The notes under the pieces were generated by a model that saw nothing but the letters and a program-made list of their open reading frames with translations, searched no databases and was not told where the DNA came from. DNA of 63,765 nt, the filler included, from Saprolegnia diclina VS20 (taxonomy: Eukaryota), in NCBI RefSeq assembly GCF_000281045.1. It is 5 parts of 2 records of this genome, joined end to end, with 100 filler letters (N's around TTAATTAATTAA, not from the genome) between each part and the next. Parts side by side here need not be neighbours in the genome. Positions count along the whole stretch, not along the records: positions 1 to 30,893 come from NW_008246172.1; 4 more parts are not named here. The stretch is one strand, 5' to 3'. Every line of letters starts with the position of its first letter. Position 1 is the first letter of the stretch. Positions 1 to 15,999 of this stretch are shown here, one piece after another. Both the position numbers and the translations under genes were made by a program.

Positions 1-2824
1 GTACCTCCAGCTGCCGTGCCAGTAGACAACGCAATCGCTCCGCTTGCGCCGCCGGTTGAGCTCGCCGACGTGATAGTGACGGCGCCGGATGCTCCTGAAG
101 TTGAGGAGCCGGTGGAAAGGGAGAGCCCCCCACCAATAACGCCGCTGCCCGAGACCAACGATAGCACACCTCCGGGACCGAGGCTGCCTGGGCCAACCGA
201 CAGGTTGATGCCGCCACCGCCAGAGCCAGAAGAGGCGCCCGTTTTGAGTTGAATAATACCACTTGTGCTGTCGCTCAAAGTGCTGATCATGATGATGCCA
301 CTGCTCGAGGTGCTTGTACCGGCGCCCGACGTGACGACAACATTGCCGCCTGTCGAAGAGGACGCGGCACCTCCGGTGAAAATGACGTCGCCGCCAAGGG
401 TACCAGTGCCACCAAGAATGGCCACTTTACCGCCACTTGAAGCAGAACTCGCACCGGCGGCGACAAGAACGGAGCCGCCAGAACCGATAGATCCGTTTCC
501 GACAGACAACGCAATATTGCCTCCAGTGCCACCAGGAGCGGTACCAGTCGTCAGAGATAGACCGCCCGAGTTGCCACCAGTTGCTGTAGCCGTCGCAATG
601 CTCACGGCTCCGGAGATTCCTGCTGTCGACGAGCCGGATGTTAAAACGATGTCGCCACCCGTGACGGCGCTGCCTGCCACCAGGATGGCACTGCCACCGA
701 TACCCGAGTTACTCGCTTGGATCGAAAGCACAATATTGCCCGACGTTCCCGAAGACGCTTGGCCAGACAAAATCGAAACAGAGCCGGAAGCACCATTTGA
801 AGCCACGCCAGAAGCAAGAACAATGTTTCCGCTCGTACTTGAAGCCGCAGAAGCCACCGAAATGGCGCCACTGATACCAGTACTGCTCGGCCCCGACAGT
901 AGCTGGATACTGCCACCGGCGCGCGACGAGCTTGACGGACCACCACCGAGTACGATGGCTCCTCCGACTCCGAGCAAGGCACTGCCCGCGGTGACAGCGA
1001 CACTGCCGCCAGCGTTGTTGGCGCCGGTGCTGGCCCCGGCCGTGAGGGTGATGATACCTGCCACTGACCCATTGCCCGCAGCTGCAATGACACTACCAGC
1101 TTGAGCCGTAGCGCTGTTACCGGCACGCGCCGTAATGTCCCCTGATTTGATTCCCGTCGCCGTGTCGGAAGTTGCGATCGCGACATTGCCTGCGCTGCCG
1201 GCCATGCTACTGCTGATGCCACCAGTTTTTAGGGTGATTGTGCCAGAGTTGCCATCCGTAGCCGTTCCAGATGAAATGAGAACGGCTCCGCTTTGACCGA
1301 GCGTGGCAGCACCAGATCCAAGGGTCACGACACCAGATGACGCGCCGTTGTCGGCGGACATGAGCGATAGAGCTCCCGACACGGACGCCGCGTTTTGACT
1401 GCGACCGGTCTCCAGACGGATTGCACCACCGTCAGCGTTTGTCGACGACGTCGTACTTCCGGCGTTCATAGCGACGTCACCACCAGCTCCACTTGCCTCG
1501 TCCGTCCCCGCTTGGACCGTGACAAAGCTTGCCGCTTTGAGAGAGAGCCCGCCGAATTCAGTTGCAATTGTGTTGGCGCCGCCCACGAGGGTCACGCCTT
1601 TCACCGAGACGTGGACGCGAGTCGTGAGACCGCCGTTTGTTGCGTTGGACGACGCTGTCGCGAGCCGGAGCGTCGGCACATCGGTGCCAAACACAGCTTC
1701 GATTCCCGCAGCGGCTGTCACGTTGTCGGCGCCAACTGCCTTGAGCTCGATGCCGGCACCGAGACTCTCAATGTACATCGGAATACCCGTAAACGATGGG
1801 CCCGCAAACGGACGGTCGAGAACGATCGAGGACGCCGAGGGCGGGGCGGTCACAATGTATGTCGCGCCGGCAAGGCGGATGTACGTGTTGGCTGATAGAA
1901 CGGACGCGAGGCTCGTAGACGTGCCCACGAGGGTGCTGCCTTGCGTCACCGTCGCTGTCCCGGGCACACGCACCAGACTCGATGCGTTGCCCGTCGAGTA
2001 GTGCACGAGACGCACTGTAGTGTGCGTGCCCGCCGTGTCCTACACATACAAGTTACGAACCGAGTCAACAAGTGTCCTTACCGTAGTCACATCGGTCGAA
2101 TGCACTTCGAGACCGAGTGCGTTGACACTCGCAATCGGCGGTGCACCACCTTCGGACGCTGAGAAGAGAGCGCGCTTCACGGAAAGGCTTTCTTGACCCA
2201 AAAGAGCAAATTGAAGTCCACGGTCAACTTGGATGCCTGAACGATTGACCGCCACGACAGAGCGAAGCTCGAGCGAGTTGATGTACAAGACATCGCCAGT
2301 GTCCACAAAAGCCCTAGATACGTTTATAACGTAGGAGTCGACGCGACTCCAAATTCCTTACGAAGCATCGGTTGCCGTCGGAATCCACGTGGCTGCTATG
2401 GGGGCACCACCAGTGCCCACAGTAGTCGCCGCGCGGAAGAGTCCGCTGGACGTAATCTCGACAGAGGCCGACCCAAAGATCGGGTGGCTCTCGACCGACA
2501 CGTCACCCAGGAATCGATTGTCTACACCAATGATAACGACTTGGCTTTGTCGTCGTAGACACCATACCCATGAGGAACGGGTCGCTTGGAGGGTTCGTCT
2601 GCAGCGTCAAGCGCCGATGCATCGCCTTGGGCGCTTGCGCCACGTCCATACTTACAGGTACATCTACATATCATGCTTTGAGACCCGATTTCTCATGACG
2701 CACGAGATTACCAAGTACTTGGGCGCCAACAAAAGCTGCCGCAAAAAGCACCACTATCACAGCAACGTGAGCTGTTAGCGCAGTGTCCACGCGTACGCTT
2801 TGGTATCGTTGTCGCAAAGAACAT
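1..2824 (-). CDS. Secreted Gly/Ser/Thr-rich repeat protein with phage tail-fibre-like N-terminal modules (3' end runs off window; spliced 5' part)
   Basis: Minus frame reads open from ~2000 to base 1 with dozens of GGxxxLxxG/SGxIxLxSG repeats; the Pro-rich + strand ORFs are its antisense shadow. Spliced 5' exons from ATG 2824 give MFFATTIPKLVLFAAAFVGAQVL (signal-peptide-like) followed by ...MHRRL... Confidence 0.75.
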
Positions 2825-3255
2825 GGTCTTTCGCTTCTACGCCGACGTCGTGAGACCTCCTGTCGTCCGCCGCAAGATCATTGCACCGTCGTCGGTTGCT
2901 TCCACGTCCCGATGCTCGCCAAAAGCTACTGAGTTGGTCAGCAAATGTCAGGCATTCGCGCAGCTGTCCAATCAGAGACGCGCAGGCAACCTTCGAATCG
3001 AAACCAAAGCGCTGATAGGCCAGAACTGGATCTTCGACAGACAGTAAATTGTTCGACGTCGAACCGTGGAAGCTTTCGTGCCTGCCACTGGTGCCGGCTG
3101 ATCGTTGGTTGCCGTTGGAAAAACTCCGACTCGATGCGGTTTATCAAGCGACCACGTTGTTATCTTCAAGCTACAATTTCATACGAATCCACAATGCAAG
3201 CCTTTTTCGGGGGTACAAGGCCAATGACCACAGTGGCCAAGACGCCACCGCGAGT

Positions 3256-3817
3256 TCATTTTCGGAGACGAGAATTATTTTTTGGTGGACTATGCGACAA
3301 TTCGCGCTCTTTCCGCAGTTTTTCCCCGAGCGGGCGGGGCACGCGCAATGAGTACGCCTCCAATACGGACGGGCGACCGGGGCTTCTGCTCTCGCGTGCA
3401 GCCGCGCTCTCGAGTCGCTTCTTCGTACGCTCGGCTTTGTCGGAGCTGCGCGACAAGAGCTCGCGGTGCTCTGCATACCACTCACACACAGCGACACATC
3501 GCATGCGTGCGTACCTCGCACAATGTAGCTGTCGCCGCCGAGTGCACTCGGGTCGCGATCCAAGCGCGCGTGGCGGGGCGCCTCGGGCTCGACGCTTGTG
3601 CCAAACGATGTCACGGGCCGTACGTCGGGCGACTGCTTCCCGGGCCAATTGGCCAGCGGTCTACTGGCAGGCTCAGACGGGCGTCTCAGCGAGACGGCGC
3701 CTACAGGTACGAACCAGGGCCGATGCTCGCCTGCGCAAAAGCCGACGTCGGCGTCACGGGCGCGTCATCCGACGCTGCGTTCGACGGCCGCGAACTCGTC
3801 AAGTGCGAGAACGACAT
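3256..3817 (-). CDS. Hypothetical protein (3 exons) with one GPGSY (SHIPPO/PG-repeat-like) motif
   Basis: ACCATGTCG start at 3817; removing two ~44-nt GT-AG introns gives a continuous frame MSFSHLTSS...IGPGSYLPLANWPGKQ...FGTS...NNSRLRK. Confidence 0.45.
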
Positions 3818-3994
3818 GGTTGATGCGAAAACGGACACGTTGATTTTGCTTTCGGCACATTCGGCATATTTTCCTTGGATTCGGCATACATTCCTATCCG
3901 GATGCTGTATGCGGTACAATCGGCTGGAACCAGTTGCATTCGGCATCGTTGTATTCGGCATTGGTGGGAACACTAATTGCGTTGGACAGACGGG

Positions 3995-5486
3995 ATGCTG
4001 CTCATGTGGGTCGCGGGCCTCGCGCTCGGGTGGGCCGGCGTCTACGTCTTCCTGCACCTGAGCGCGGACGACGACAACGACATCCACGTGCTGCCAGCCT
4101 TTGTCTGCAAGGAGATCTCGTGGTTCAACGAGCGCGTCTTCGAGCTCGGGCGGCAGTACCCCACAGGGCTCAAGACGTGGTTCGCCGCAGGGAGCGTCGT
4201 CGCGGGCGCCGGCATGGCGATAGGCACGATCTACATCACATGGACGCTCGTCATGCTCGTCGTGCAGAAGCTCGCACGCGTCGAAGTCGACGTTCCGCTC
4301 TCGGACGCCTCGATCATGATTCCGGGCGTGACGATGCCCATGAATGCGACCGTCTACCTCTGGGCCACCGTCTTCCTCGCTGTTTCCTTTGTACTACATG
4401 GCACATGCATGTACGTAAACTCATGCAATGTTTTGTAGCACGAATTTGGCCATGCGCTTGCGGCCGCGCTCTGCGAAATCCGCATCAAGTCGGTCGGTAT
4501 CTTCTTCGCGGTCGTCTTTCCCGGCGCGTACGTGCGCTTCGACAGCTACTTTAACGTCGGTCTTCTGGACCAGATCAAGATCCAGAGCGCGGGCATCTGG
4601 CACAACGCGGTCCGTCCATTTCTTTCGTCGATCCATGGCACATGGAGTTGCGTAGGTCCTCTGCTTTCTCTGCGTTGTGCAGCTTCAACTACTCCCGTTC
4701 TACCTCTCGCCTTTCTTCGATGTCAACCAAGGAATGACAGTCATTGCGATTCCGGAAATGTCGGCGTTCGAGGGCATCGTGTCCCTTGGCGACGTCATTG
4801 TGTCTGTGGACCACCAACCGACGCTCAATTGGGGTCAGTGGCGCTCCGAGATTGATTATCTCGCCAAGCTCGTCGAGACGAACGAGCTCAAGGATCATGG
4901 GTACTGCGTCCCGTCCGCTCTTCTGCAGTTGCACCAGTCCGCAATGACCGAGTCGTCTTGCTGTCGCCCCGACACGGACAGCAACGCCGAGTGCTTCTCC
5001 TACAACCACGGTGCTCTCCAGACCTGCCTCGATGGAAAACAAGTCGGCGACCTCTCGACGCACCGCTGTCATGGTGACGCGTCGTGTGCGGACGACGTGC
5101 ACACATGCGTGATGCCCCGTATCCAGTCGATGCAAACGCTCATGCGTCTTGCCTTCCAGGACGGCCGCGTCGTCATGTTGCATGGGTTCCCCGCCGACCT
5201 CCACGCCGAGCTCGAGGTGATGGCGTACACAACCCCGTTGTCACCGCTGTGGTGGATTCAAGTACCCCAGAGTCTGTACCGGTTTTGGAGCTTCCTGCTC
5301 AACATCTCGGGCACGATTGGCTTTTTCAACGCGCTGCCGATACACTATTTTGACGGGAGCCACCTCTGCGCCAGCTACCTCCAGTACTGGATTGCCGACG
5401 AAACGCATCGACAGCAAGTGCTCTCGTTCGTGCTCTACGCTGGGGACGCCGTCGTTGTGAGCACTTTTCTATTACGCTTGATCTAA
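3995..5486 (+). CDS. MBTPS2: Site-2 protease (peptidase M50, MBTPS2-like), spliced
   Basis: HEFGH zinc motif at ~4440, AGIWHN, Cys-rich lumenal insert, FNALPxxxFDG motif, multiple hydrophobic segments. Confidence 0.9.
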
Positions 5487-5503
5487 TAAACAACAAAACG
5501 TTA

Positions 5504-6046
5504 CTAAGTTCCTGGCGCCGCCGTAAAATCAGCTTTGCCGCCCGTCTTAGCCAGCAGCCGCGTCTCGGTGATGACAATGTCGTGGGATAGCGCCTTGCAC
5601 ATATCGTAGACGCACAGCGCAGCAATGGACGCACCCGTGAGCGCTTCCATCTCGACGCCGGTTCGACCAGTGACGGTCGCCGAGCAGTGCACGTGGATCG
5701 TCGAGTCGGCGTCTCGCACGTCAAGGGTCACCTTGCAGTTCTCGAGGCCCAGTGGGTGGCAAAAGGGAATGAGATCGCTCGTGCGCTTGGCACCCATGAC
5801 GCCTGCAAGCGTCGCAGTCGACAGCACCGGACCCTTCTTGCTCACGAGCTCCGCGTCGTGCCGGAGCGCGGCCATGACTGCTGGTGGCAAACGAATGATT
5901 GAGCGCGCTGTCGCCGTGCGCTTTGTCACGGCCTTGCCGCTCACATCCACCATGGTTGGCTGCTTCTCGGCGTTGACATGAGTAAGGCCATGCAGCGACG
6001 AGCTCGCGCGGACCGGCGGCCAACGAGCGATTCGACCGAGCAGCAT
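5504..6046 (-). CDS. moaC: Cyclic pyranopterin monophosphate synthase MoaC (MOCS1B/Cnx3), with presequence-like N-terminus
   Basis: LTH...MVDVSGK, LIPFCHP, TGVEMEALT, YDMCKA and KTGGK signature motifs. Confidence 0.95.
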   Translation of the reverse strand: MLLGRIARWPPVRASSSLHGLTHVNAEKQPTMVDVSGKAVTKRTATARSIIRLPPAVMAALRHDAELVSKKGPVLSTATLAGVMGAKRTSDLIPFCHPLGLENCKVTLDVRDADSTIHVHCSATVTGRTGVEMEALTGASIAALCVYDMCKALSHDIVITETRLLAKTGGKADFTAAPGT

Positions 6047-6302
6047 GATGTGTAGTGGCTAGGTCGACGCCACCTTTGGTCACAGAAACGTGTGTGCAAA
6101 GGCAAAAGGTTGCCGGGAAAGGCGTGATTTTAGACCACCGTTTGGCGCTCACCTCTCATCTTGGATCCACCACTCAGCGGTCGCCGAATTCGGGGGCATC
6201 ATATTTAAATTACATATAAAAAGCAAGGTATATTTGAATCAACGCGTTATTAATATGCTACGAGTCATCGCCAGTCATAAGATTGCAAATTCCATCAGTA
6301 AC

Positions 6303-7383
6303 ATGGCCGAAGCCCCGAGCACGACGACGACGCCCCGAACCCCGATGCCCACGACGCTCCTCGTCATTGGCATGGCCGGCAGCGGTAAGACGACCCTGAT
6401 GCACCGCCTGGCTGTGCATGCGGCCGAGCAGCAGCGCGAGCATCGCCAGTACGTCGTCAACCTGGATCCCGCTGTCAAGCAGGTCCCGTACGGTGCCCAC
6501 ATCGATATCCGCGACACGGTCGACTACAAACAGGTCATGACCGAGTATGGTCTTGGCCCCAACGGCGCCATCATGACGTCGCTCAACCTCTTTGCGACGC
6601 GTTTCGACCAAGTCGTCGAACTCATCCAGAAGCGTGCGCCCGATCTCGAGTATGTTGGCAATCGTCTCCGCTAAACACTCATCGCTCTTCGACATTAGCT
6701 ACGTGGTCGTCGACACGCCCGGTCAGATCGAGGCCTTCACATGGTCTGCGTCCGGCGCGATTATCACCGAGTCGCTTGCGACGTCCTTCCCGACTGTTGT
6801 CGTTTACGTGGTCGACACGCCTCGCACGACGAGCCCCAACACGTTCATGTCCAACATGCTCTACGCGTGCAGGTAGCCCCTCGCAGTGCTCGTTGCGGGA
6901 TACTTATGTGCTTCTAGCATTCTGTACAAGGTCAAGCTGCCCTTCATTGTGCTCTTCAACAAGACGGACGTCGTGACGCATGACTTTGCTGTCGACTGGA
7001 TGACCGATTTCGAAGCCTTCCAGACTGCGCTCGACCAAACGAACGAAGAAAGCTACATGAACACGCTCTCGCGCTCGCTCAGTTTGGTCCTTGAGGAGTT
7101 TTACTCCAACCTGCGCCATTGCGGCGTCTCGGCAGCTACGGGCGCCGGCATGGACGAGTTCTTCAAGGTTGTCGCCGAAGCCACGAACGAATACTACGAA
7201 GAGTACCTGCCCGACCTTATGTACCGCATTGAGCAGCAAAAGAACAAGGCCGACAAGAAGAAGGAAGTCAACCTCGAGAAAGTCATGAAGGACATGACTG
7301 TCAAGGACGAGGATGAACCGAAGGGTCCGCCTCCTGCGCCTACGGTCGCTGTGCCTCCGCAAGGCGATCGCACGGAGCTCTAA
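6303..7383 (+). CDS. GPN1: GPN-loop GTPase 1 (two introns)
   Basis: [10 protein letters not shown]-loop, [40 protein letters not shown]. Confidence 0.95.
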
Positions 7384-7717
7384 ACCGCAGATTAACATAT
7401 TCATCAGAGGTCAATATTCTATGTATCTTGTTCGTCTACACAAGTTTGCGTCCCGCCCTGTGCGGCTCGATTATTTGGCGCCATGGCCTCTGCCGCTGCG
7501 AAGACCAAGTGGCGGCTGCATATAAAGTGCGCAATCGTACTTAATAGAACTGCACGTATCCGCCTGCAACATACTAATGCACAATACAAACTTCTACTCT
7601 AATAATAAGCGACTCGAATTTCGATTAAGTGCGCTCTTCGGCGACCAAAGCGGGAAACTGGAATCTCGAGCTTGCGGCAGCTTTGTACACTTGGAGTTGC
7701 GCAACACGAAGTCGGCC

Positions 7718-12206
<4,489 letters not shown>

Positions 12207-12392
12207 CACTTCATTCCTCACCGTTGTTTGCTCGCGGACTTATTTGCTCGAAGTCGACAAAGAAATCTTTATTCTTTACTTTTGTCTCTGTCGTCCAAGG
12301 ACGATCGGGGGCGCGGAAGGGGCACTCTTGGGGTCCATTGCGGCCCGCGTCGATACACTCAAACTCGACGAAGGGCGCGGACCCGCGATCTT

Positions 12393-12440
12393 TTCAGGTC
12401 GTCTCTGTCTGCGCTTGCAGATTGAAGATACGTCCGTCAT
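12393..12440 (-). promoter_or_regulatory. SECIS element (type II) of GPx-A
   Basis: mRNA sense: AUGAC-GGACGUAUCU-UC-AAU-CUGC(AAGC)GCAG-AC-AGAGACGACC-UGAA; UGAC/UGAA quartet, 10-position helix with 2 mismatches, apical AA, mini-stem; ~60 nt after the stop. Confidence 0.8.
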
Positions 12441-12498
12441 GCATGTGCTGGTCCCTCTCCACGACCCGCGCGGTCGCGTCGTGGACGAGGCCTCCGTC

Positions 12499-12972
12499 TT
12501 AGGCCAGGAGGGCCTCAATGTCGGCCTCGAGGTCGAACGGCGCGACGTTGGGCTCGTAGCGCTTCACGGGTTGCCCGTGTCGGTCGACGAGGAACTTGGC
12601 AAAGTTCCACGTAATGTCGCCCGGGAGGCGGTCCTTCAGGAAGACGTAAACCTCCTGTGTGTGCTCGCCGTTGACGTCCGCCTTTTCAAAGAGCGGGAAG
12701 CGCACGCCAAACTTGGCGACGAAGGCCATGATTTCGGCGTTCGTACCAGGCTCTTGGCCACCAAACTGGTTGCACGGGTATGCGAGGATTTGCAGACCGC
12801 GGTCACGGTACTTGTTGTCGAGCTGGACGAGTTGAGTGTAGTTAAGCTTCGTGAGGCCTCAGGCCGACGCGACGTTGACGACGAGGCACACGCGCCCGCC
12901 AAAGGTGGCCATCGGCACGCGCTGCCCGTCCATGTTGTTACTCCCGAGGTCGAAGAACGACTTGGCGGCCAT
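12499..12972 (-). CDS. Selenocysteine glutathione peroxidase A (157 aa, Sec at codon 38; UGA at 12859-12861)
   Basis: Intronless frame MAAKSFFDL...VVNVASA-UGA-GLTKLNYTQL...YPCNQFGGQEPG...ITWNFAKFLVD; UGA falls exactly at the peroxidatic residue; SECIS downstream. Confidence 0.92.
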
Positions 12973-13466
12973 CTTTCTTGGTCCAGACAAATCTCAGTAT
13001 GGCATATTCTTTCGAAAATCTTTGTCACTTGATCCACCAGTGAAGCTCAAAGAAGACAGTCGAAACGCCACAGTGGATCTTGAACTGTGATCGGGATGCC
13101 CTCGTGCAACACACCTGGGACCTCGCCTCTTGCCGACTTCAACGAGGCATTGGTCCCTGCATCACAAAACCTAAAGCAATCAGCACAAGCTAGCAGCACA
13201 CCCAGCGGTGCTGGGTGCGTTGGGTCGAGCGCATTACACTTCTCACATCACACGCAATGTCCAGAGCCCAAATGCTTGCTCTCAGACCCACTAACGTTAT
13301 GGCAATTACGGGCACCGGTATAGTCCTAGCGCTATTGACGTAGAGTACTATTATAAATTAGACGGCAAGTTGTACAGCTATGGACCACATGCGTGCCATT
13401 AGGTCACGGTCGGGGCTCGCCCGCACGCCATCCACTCATCAAATGGCGCGCGGAGCCCGCTGTCTT

Positions 13467-13512
13467 TTCAAGTCCGCTCCGACTCGGTTGAGTTTGAGGA
13501 GCGGACTGTCAT
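13467..13512 (-). promoter_or_regulatory. SECIS element (type II) of GPx-B
   Basis: AUGAC-AGUCCGCUCC-UC-AAA-CUC(AACC)GAG-UC-GGAGCGGACU-UGAA: perfect 10-bp helix, AAA apical motif, mini-stem. Confidence 0.9.
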
Positions 13513-13552
13513 TCATGTGACGTGTATGGAAGGTTCAGTGGTCGTTTGCGGT

Positions 13553-14074
13553 CTAGTCGCACGCACTTGTGGGGCGCGTCTCTTCGTCGAGGAGATCGAG
13601 GATGTCGTCGATGAGCTTGATCGGCGGCGTAAACGTCCCGAAGCGCTTGTACGGCTGGCCGTTGCGGTCAATGAGAAACTTGGTGTAGTTCCACTTGATT
13701 GTCGATGTAAACGTGCCCCGGAGTTTGCTCTTAAGGTACTTGAAGACGGGTTGTGTCTTGGACCCGTTCACATCGCCTTTTTCCATGACGGGAAACGTCA
13801 CGCCGTAGCTCCGCGCGAACGCGAGAATCTCGTCGTTCGTGCCGGGCTCTTGGTTGGCAAACTGGTTGCACGGGTACAGGAGGATCTGCAGCCCGCGGTC
13901 ACGGTACCGGCGATCGAGCTCGACAAGTTGAGTGTAGTTGAGCTGCGCTTGGGATCAGCTCGCGCCGGCGACGTTGACGACGAGGCAGACGCGGCCCGTG
14001 AACTTGGCCATCGAGATCTCGACGCCGTCCGTGTTCTTGCTGCTGAGCTCATAGAACGACGACGCACTCGACAT
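13553..14074 (-). CDS. Selenocysteine glutathione peroxidase B (173 aa, Sec at codon 40; UGA at 13955-13957), divergent active-site loop
   Basis: MSSASSFYEL...VVNVAGAS-UGA-SQAQLNYTQL...YPCNQFANQEPG...IKWNYTKFLID; SECIS downstream. Confidence 0.88.
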
Positions 14075-14100
14075 GGTCGGTGGTTCCGCTGGACGGAGGC

Positions 14101-14117
14101 AAAAAGCTCAAATGAAT
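14101..14117 (-). promoter_or_regulatory. Oomycete Inr+FPR core promoter of GPx-B
   Basis: TTCATTTGAGCTTTT on the minus strand ~30-40 nt upstream of ATG 14074; resembles the TCATTYBNNNWTTY consensus. Confidence 0.5.
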
Positions 14118-15199
14118 TGCGCGCGCGACGAATCGAGACACGGGGGGTGACCCTCCCTATAAACACACTCGCCCCGGCTCTCTCAATAACTTCAATTCAG
14201 TATGAAATACGGAGAAGTACTACGCGGCCAGTTGGGGGGCGTACCGAAAGGGAGAGTTGCACGCTGTCTCTCGGATGATCACCGCCACCTGATTGTTGAA
14301 GCGCCTTGAACATCATGGTGTCTGGATCACGCACCGTCGCCAGACTTCGGCAGGCGACTGGTCGAGCTTCTGAAGTCTTTACTTCGCTCTCACCACCCTG
14401 CAACTCTCAGCGCCCCGGGAGATCGAAAGCACATGTATTGCCCCAAGCATGAGCTGGAGGCTGGTCGATCACTGCCAGCCAGAGCGCCGATTGAATCACT
14501 GATTTGCCACGTTATAGAGAAGATGATCATTGTTGACGATAAAGCTTTTGAGTATGCTCGAGTGCTTGGTCCGTTGGTCCCCGGGTAGCTATGACTCCAA
14601 TCAGCACACATCGCGTCCTATACTCCGTGGCACGGAGTATAGCACTCCGAGTTGGGAGATATCGTTGCTTCTTCCACAGTAGTATCCTGCGTACAATGCA
14701 AATTCGACGAATCCGATTCGTGTGCTCTTTGATTAGTGATGACGGTCGCCAGTCGGTTGTCGACTCGACACACGTGCTACAGTCGTTCTTCTTTGCTCCT
14801 TCAGACAACTGTAGCGCAACTCGTTACGACTGCACCAAGCACTGCTCTGGGCGTTGTGTCCACGAGTTGTACGAACCGCAATATCATCAGGTGTGCAAAA
14901 GCAGTCACCTCAGCGATCTAGCACTGCACCTTGGAGGACTTGTGTCATGAGAGCGACCACTCGTGTCGCGCGGTAATCCTAAAAGTGGTACTTTTACAAC
15001 GACCACACCCAACGACGATCCTTGTCCGCTCGCAAGCCTCGGTAACGTTATGACAATCGCCGCACGAGGGCCGCCTCATTCACACTTAGTAGCAATGTCC
15101 AAGAACTCTCGTAAAGGTATTGACGGTCGACGCCGAAATGGCGGAAAAGCTAAAATCCGTAAAAACAACCATCGACCTGCTCAATCCTCGATCCCATAA

Positions 15200-15751
15200 A
15201 TGGTTGTCGTCGCCGTTCTCACCGCGCTTGCCGTCGGGTGGGGAGCCACGTCCGTTTTCAGGTGTTGTGGCGTTCACGACGCACTGCCGACGCGGCATTG
15301 TGCTGCAAATACGTCGCGCCGAGCCACGCTCGGTCATACCAGCCAGCCCAGTGTATCGGCAGCCGTTCCAACACCGACTCCAATGTTCGAGGCGCTCGAC
15401 CAACACGTTCTCGACCCAATCGAGGCGCAACGCACCGACAAAGCGATTGCGCTGGCATGCGCCAGCCTGCGCTCAGAGCTTCGCCGCCTCGTACTAGCGG
15501 CGCAATCCTTTCGCGCAGACAACGTCGCCGGGCCACTACCGGGAGCAAGCGACGACCCGATGACGCTCGTCTCCCAGGACATTCCTCGCTTTGCATCCAC
15601 GCTGGTGTATCTGACGACATTGCGAGCCGAGTTCGAGGCGACGGGGCAATGGCTCGACGTCGTCGCGTGCAGCACCGCTTTTGACCAACTTAGTGCGCGC
15701 TGCTGGGATGCGTACTCGCGACGACCAGACCTATTACAGCGCAAGGGATGA
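15200..15751 (+). CDS. Hypothetical protein with hydrophobic N-terminus
   Basis: 183-aa ATG ORF, coding-like GC, helical C-terminal half; no family recognised. Confidence 0.4.
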   Translation: MVVVAVLTALAVGWGATSVFRCCGVHDALPTRHCAANTSRRATLGHTSQPSVSAAVPTPTPMFEALDQHVLDPIEAQRTDKAIALACASLRSELRRLVLAAQSFRADNVAGPLPGASDDPMTLVSQDIPRFASTLVYLTTLRAEFEATGQWLDVVACSTAFDQLSARCWDAYSRRPDLLQRKG

Positions 15752-15899
15752 TCTCAAGTCGGCGAATATGATGATATGATGAAATGTATGAATGATGCGC
15801 TTATGTCAGCGTCTACGGTCCTACCAAGAGTCACGGTCGGGGGCAGTGGCGCGAAGCGTGTCCACTCAATTGACAGCTCCGCGCATGCGTCCCAGTCTT

Positions 15900-15946
15900 C
15901 TCGAGCGCTTCCTGTCTGTGATGCAGGTTGGAGGAAGCGCCGTCAT
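15900..15946 (-). promoter_or_regulatory. SECIS element (type II) of PH-GPx-C
   Basis: AUGAC-GGCGCUUCCU-CC-AAC-CUG(CAUCA)CAG-AC-AGGAAGCGCU-CGAG: 10-bp helix, apical AA, mini-stem. Confidence 0.9.
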
Positions 15947-15999
15947 GCATGTGAGATCCTTCTTGTTGGTGATGTAGCGTCGGCACAAGGTTGCGTCGT

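Noticed and set aside
16..2001. Pro-rich + strand ORFs (265..1104, 1519..2001)
   Set aside because: Antisense shadows of the Gly-rich minus-strand gene
12852..12861. Palindrome TGAGGCCTCA spanning the Sec codon in GPx-A and GPx-C
   Set aside because: Explained by preferred codons for U-G-L-T; absent in GPx-B and too short for a stable hairpin
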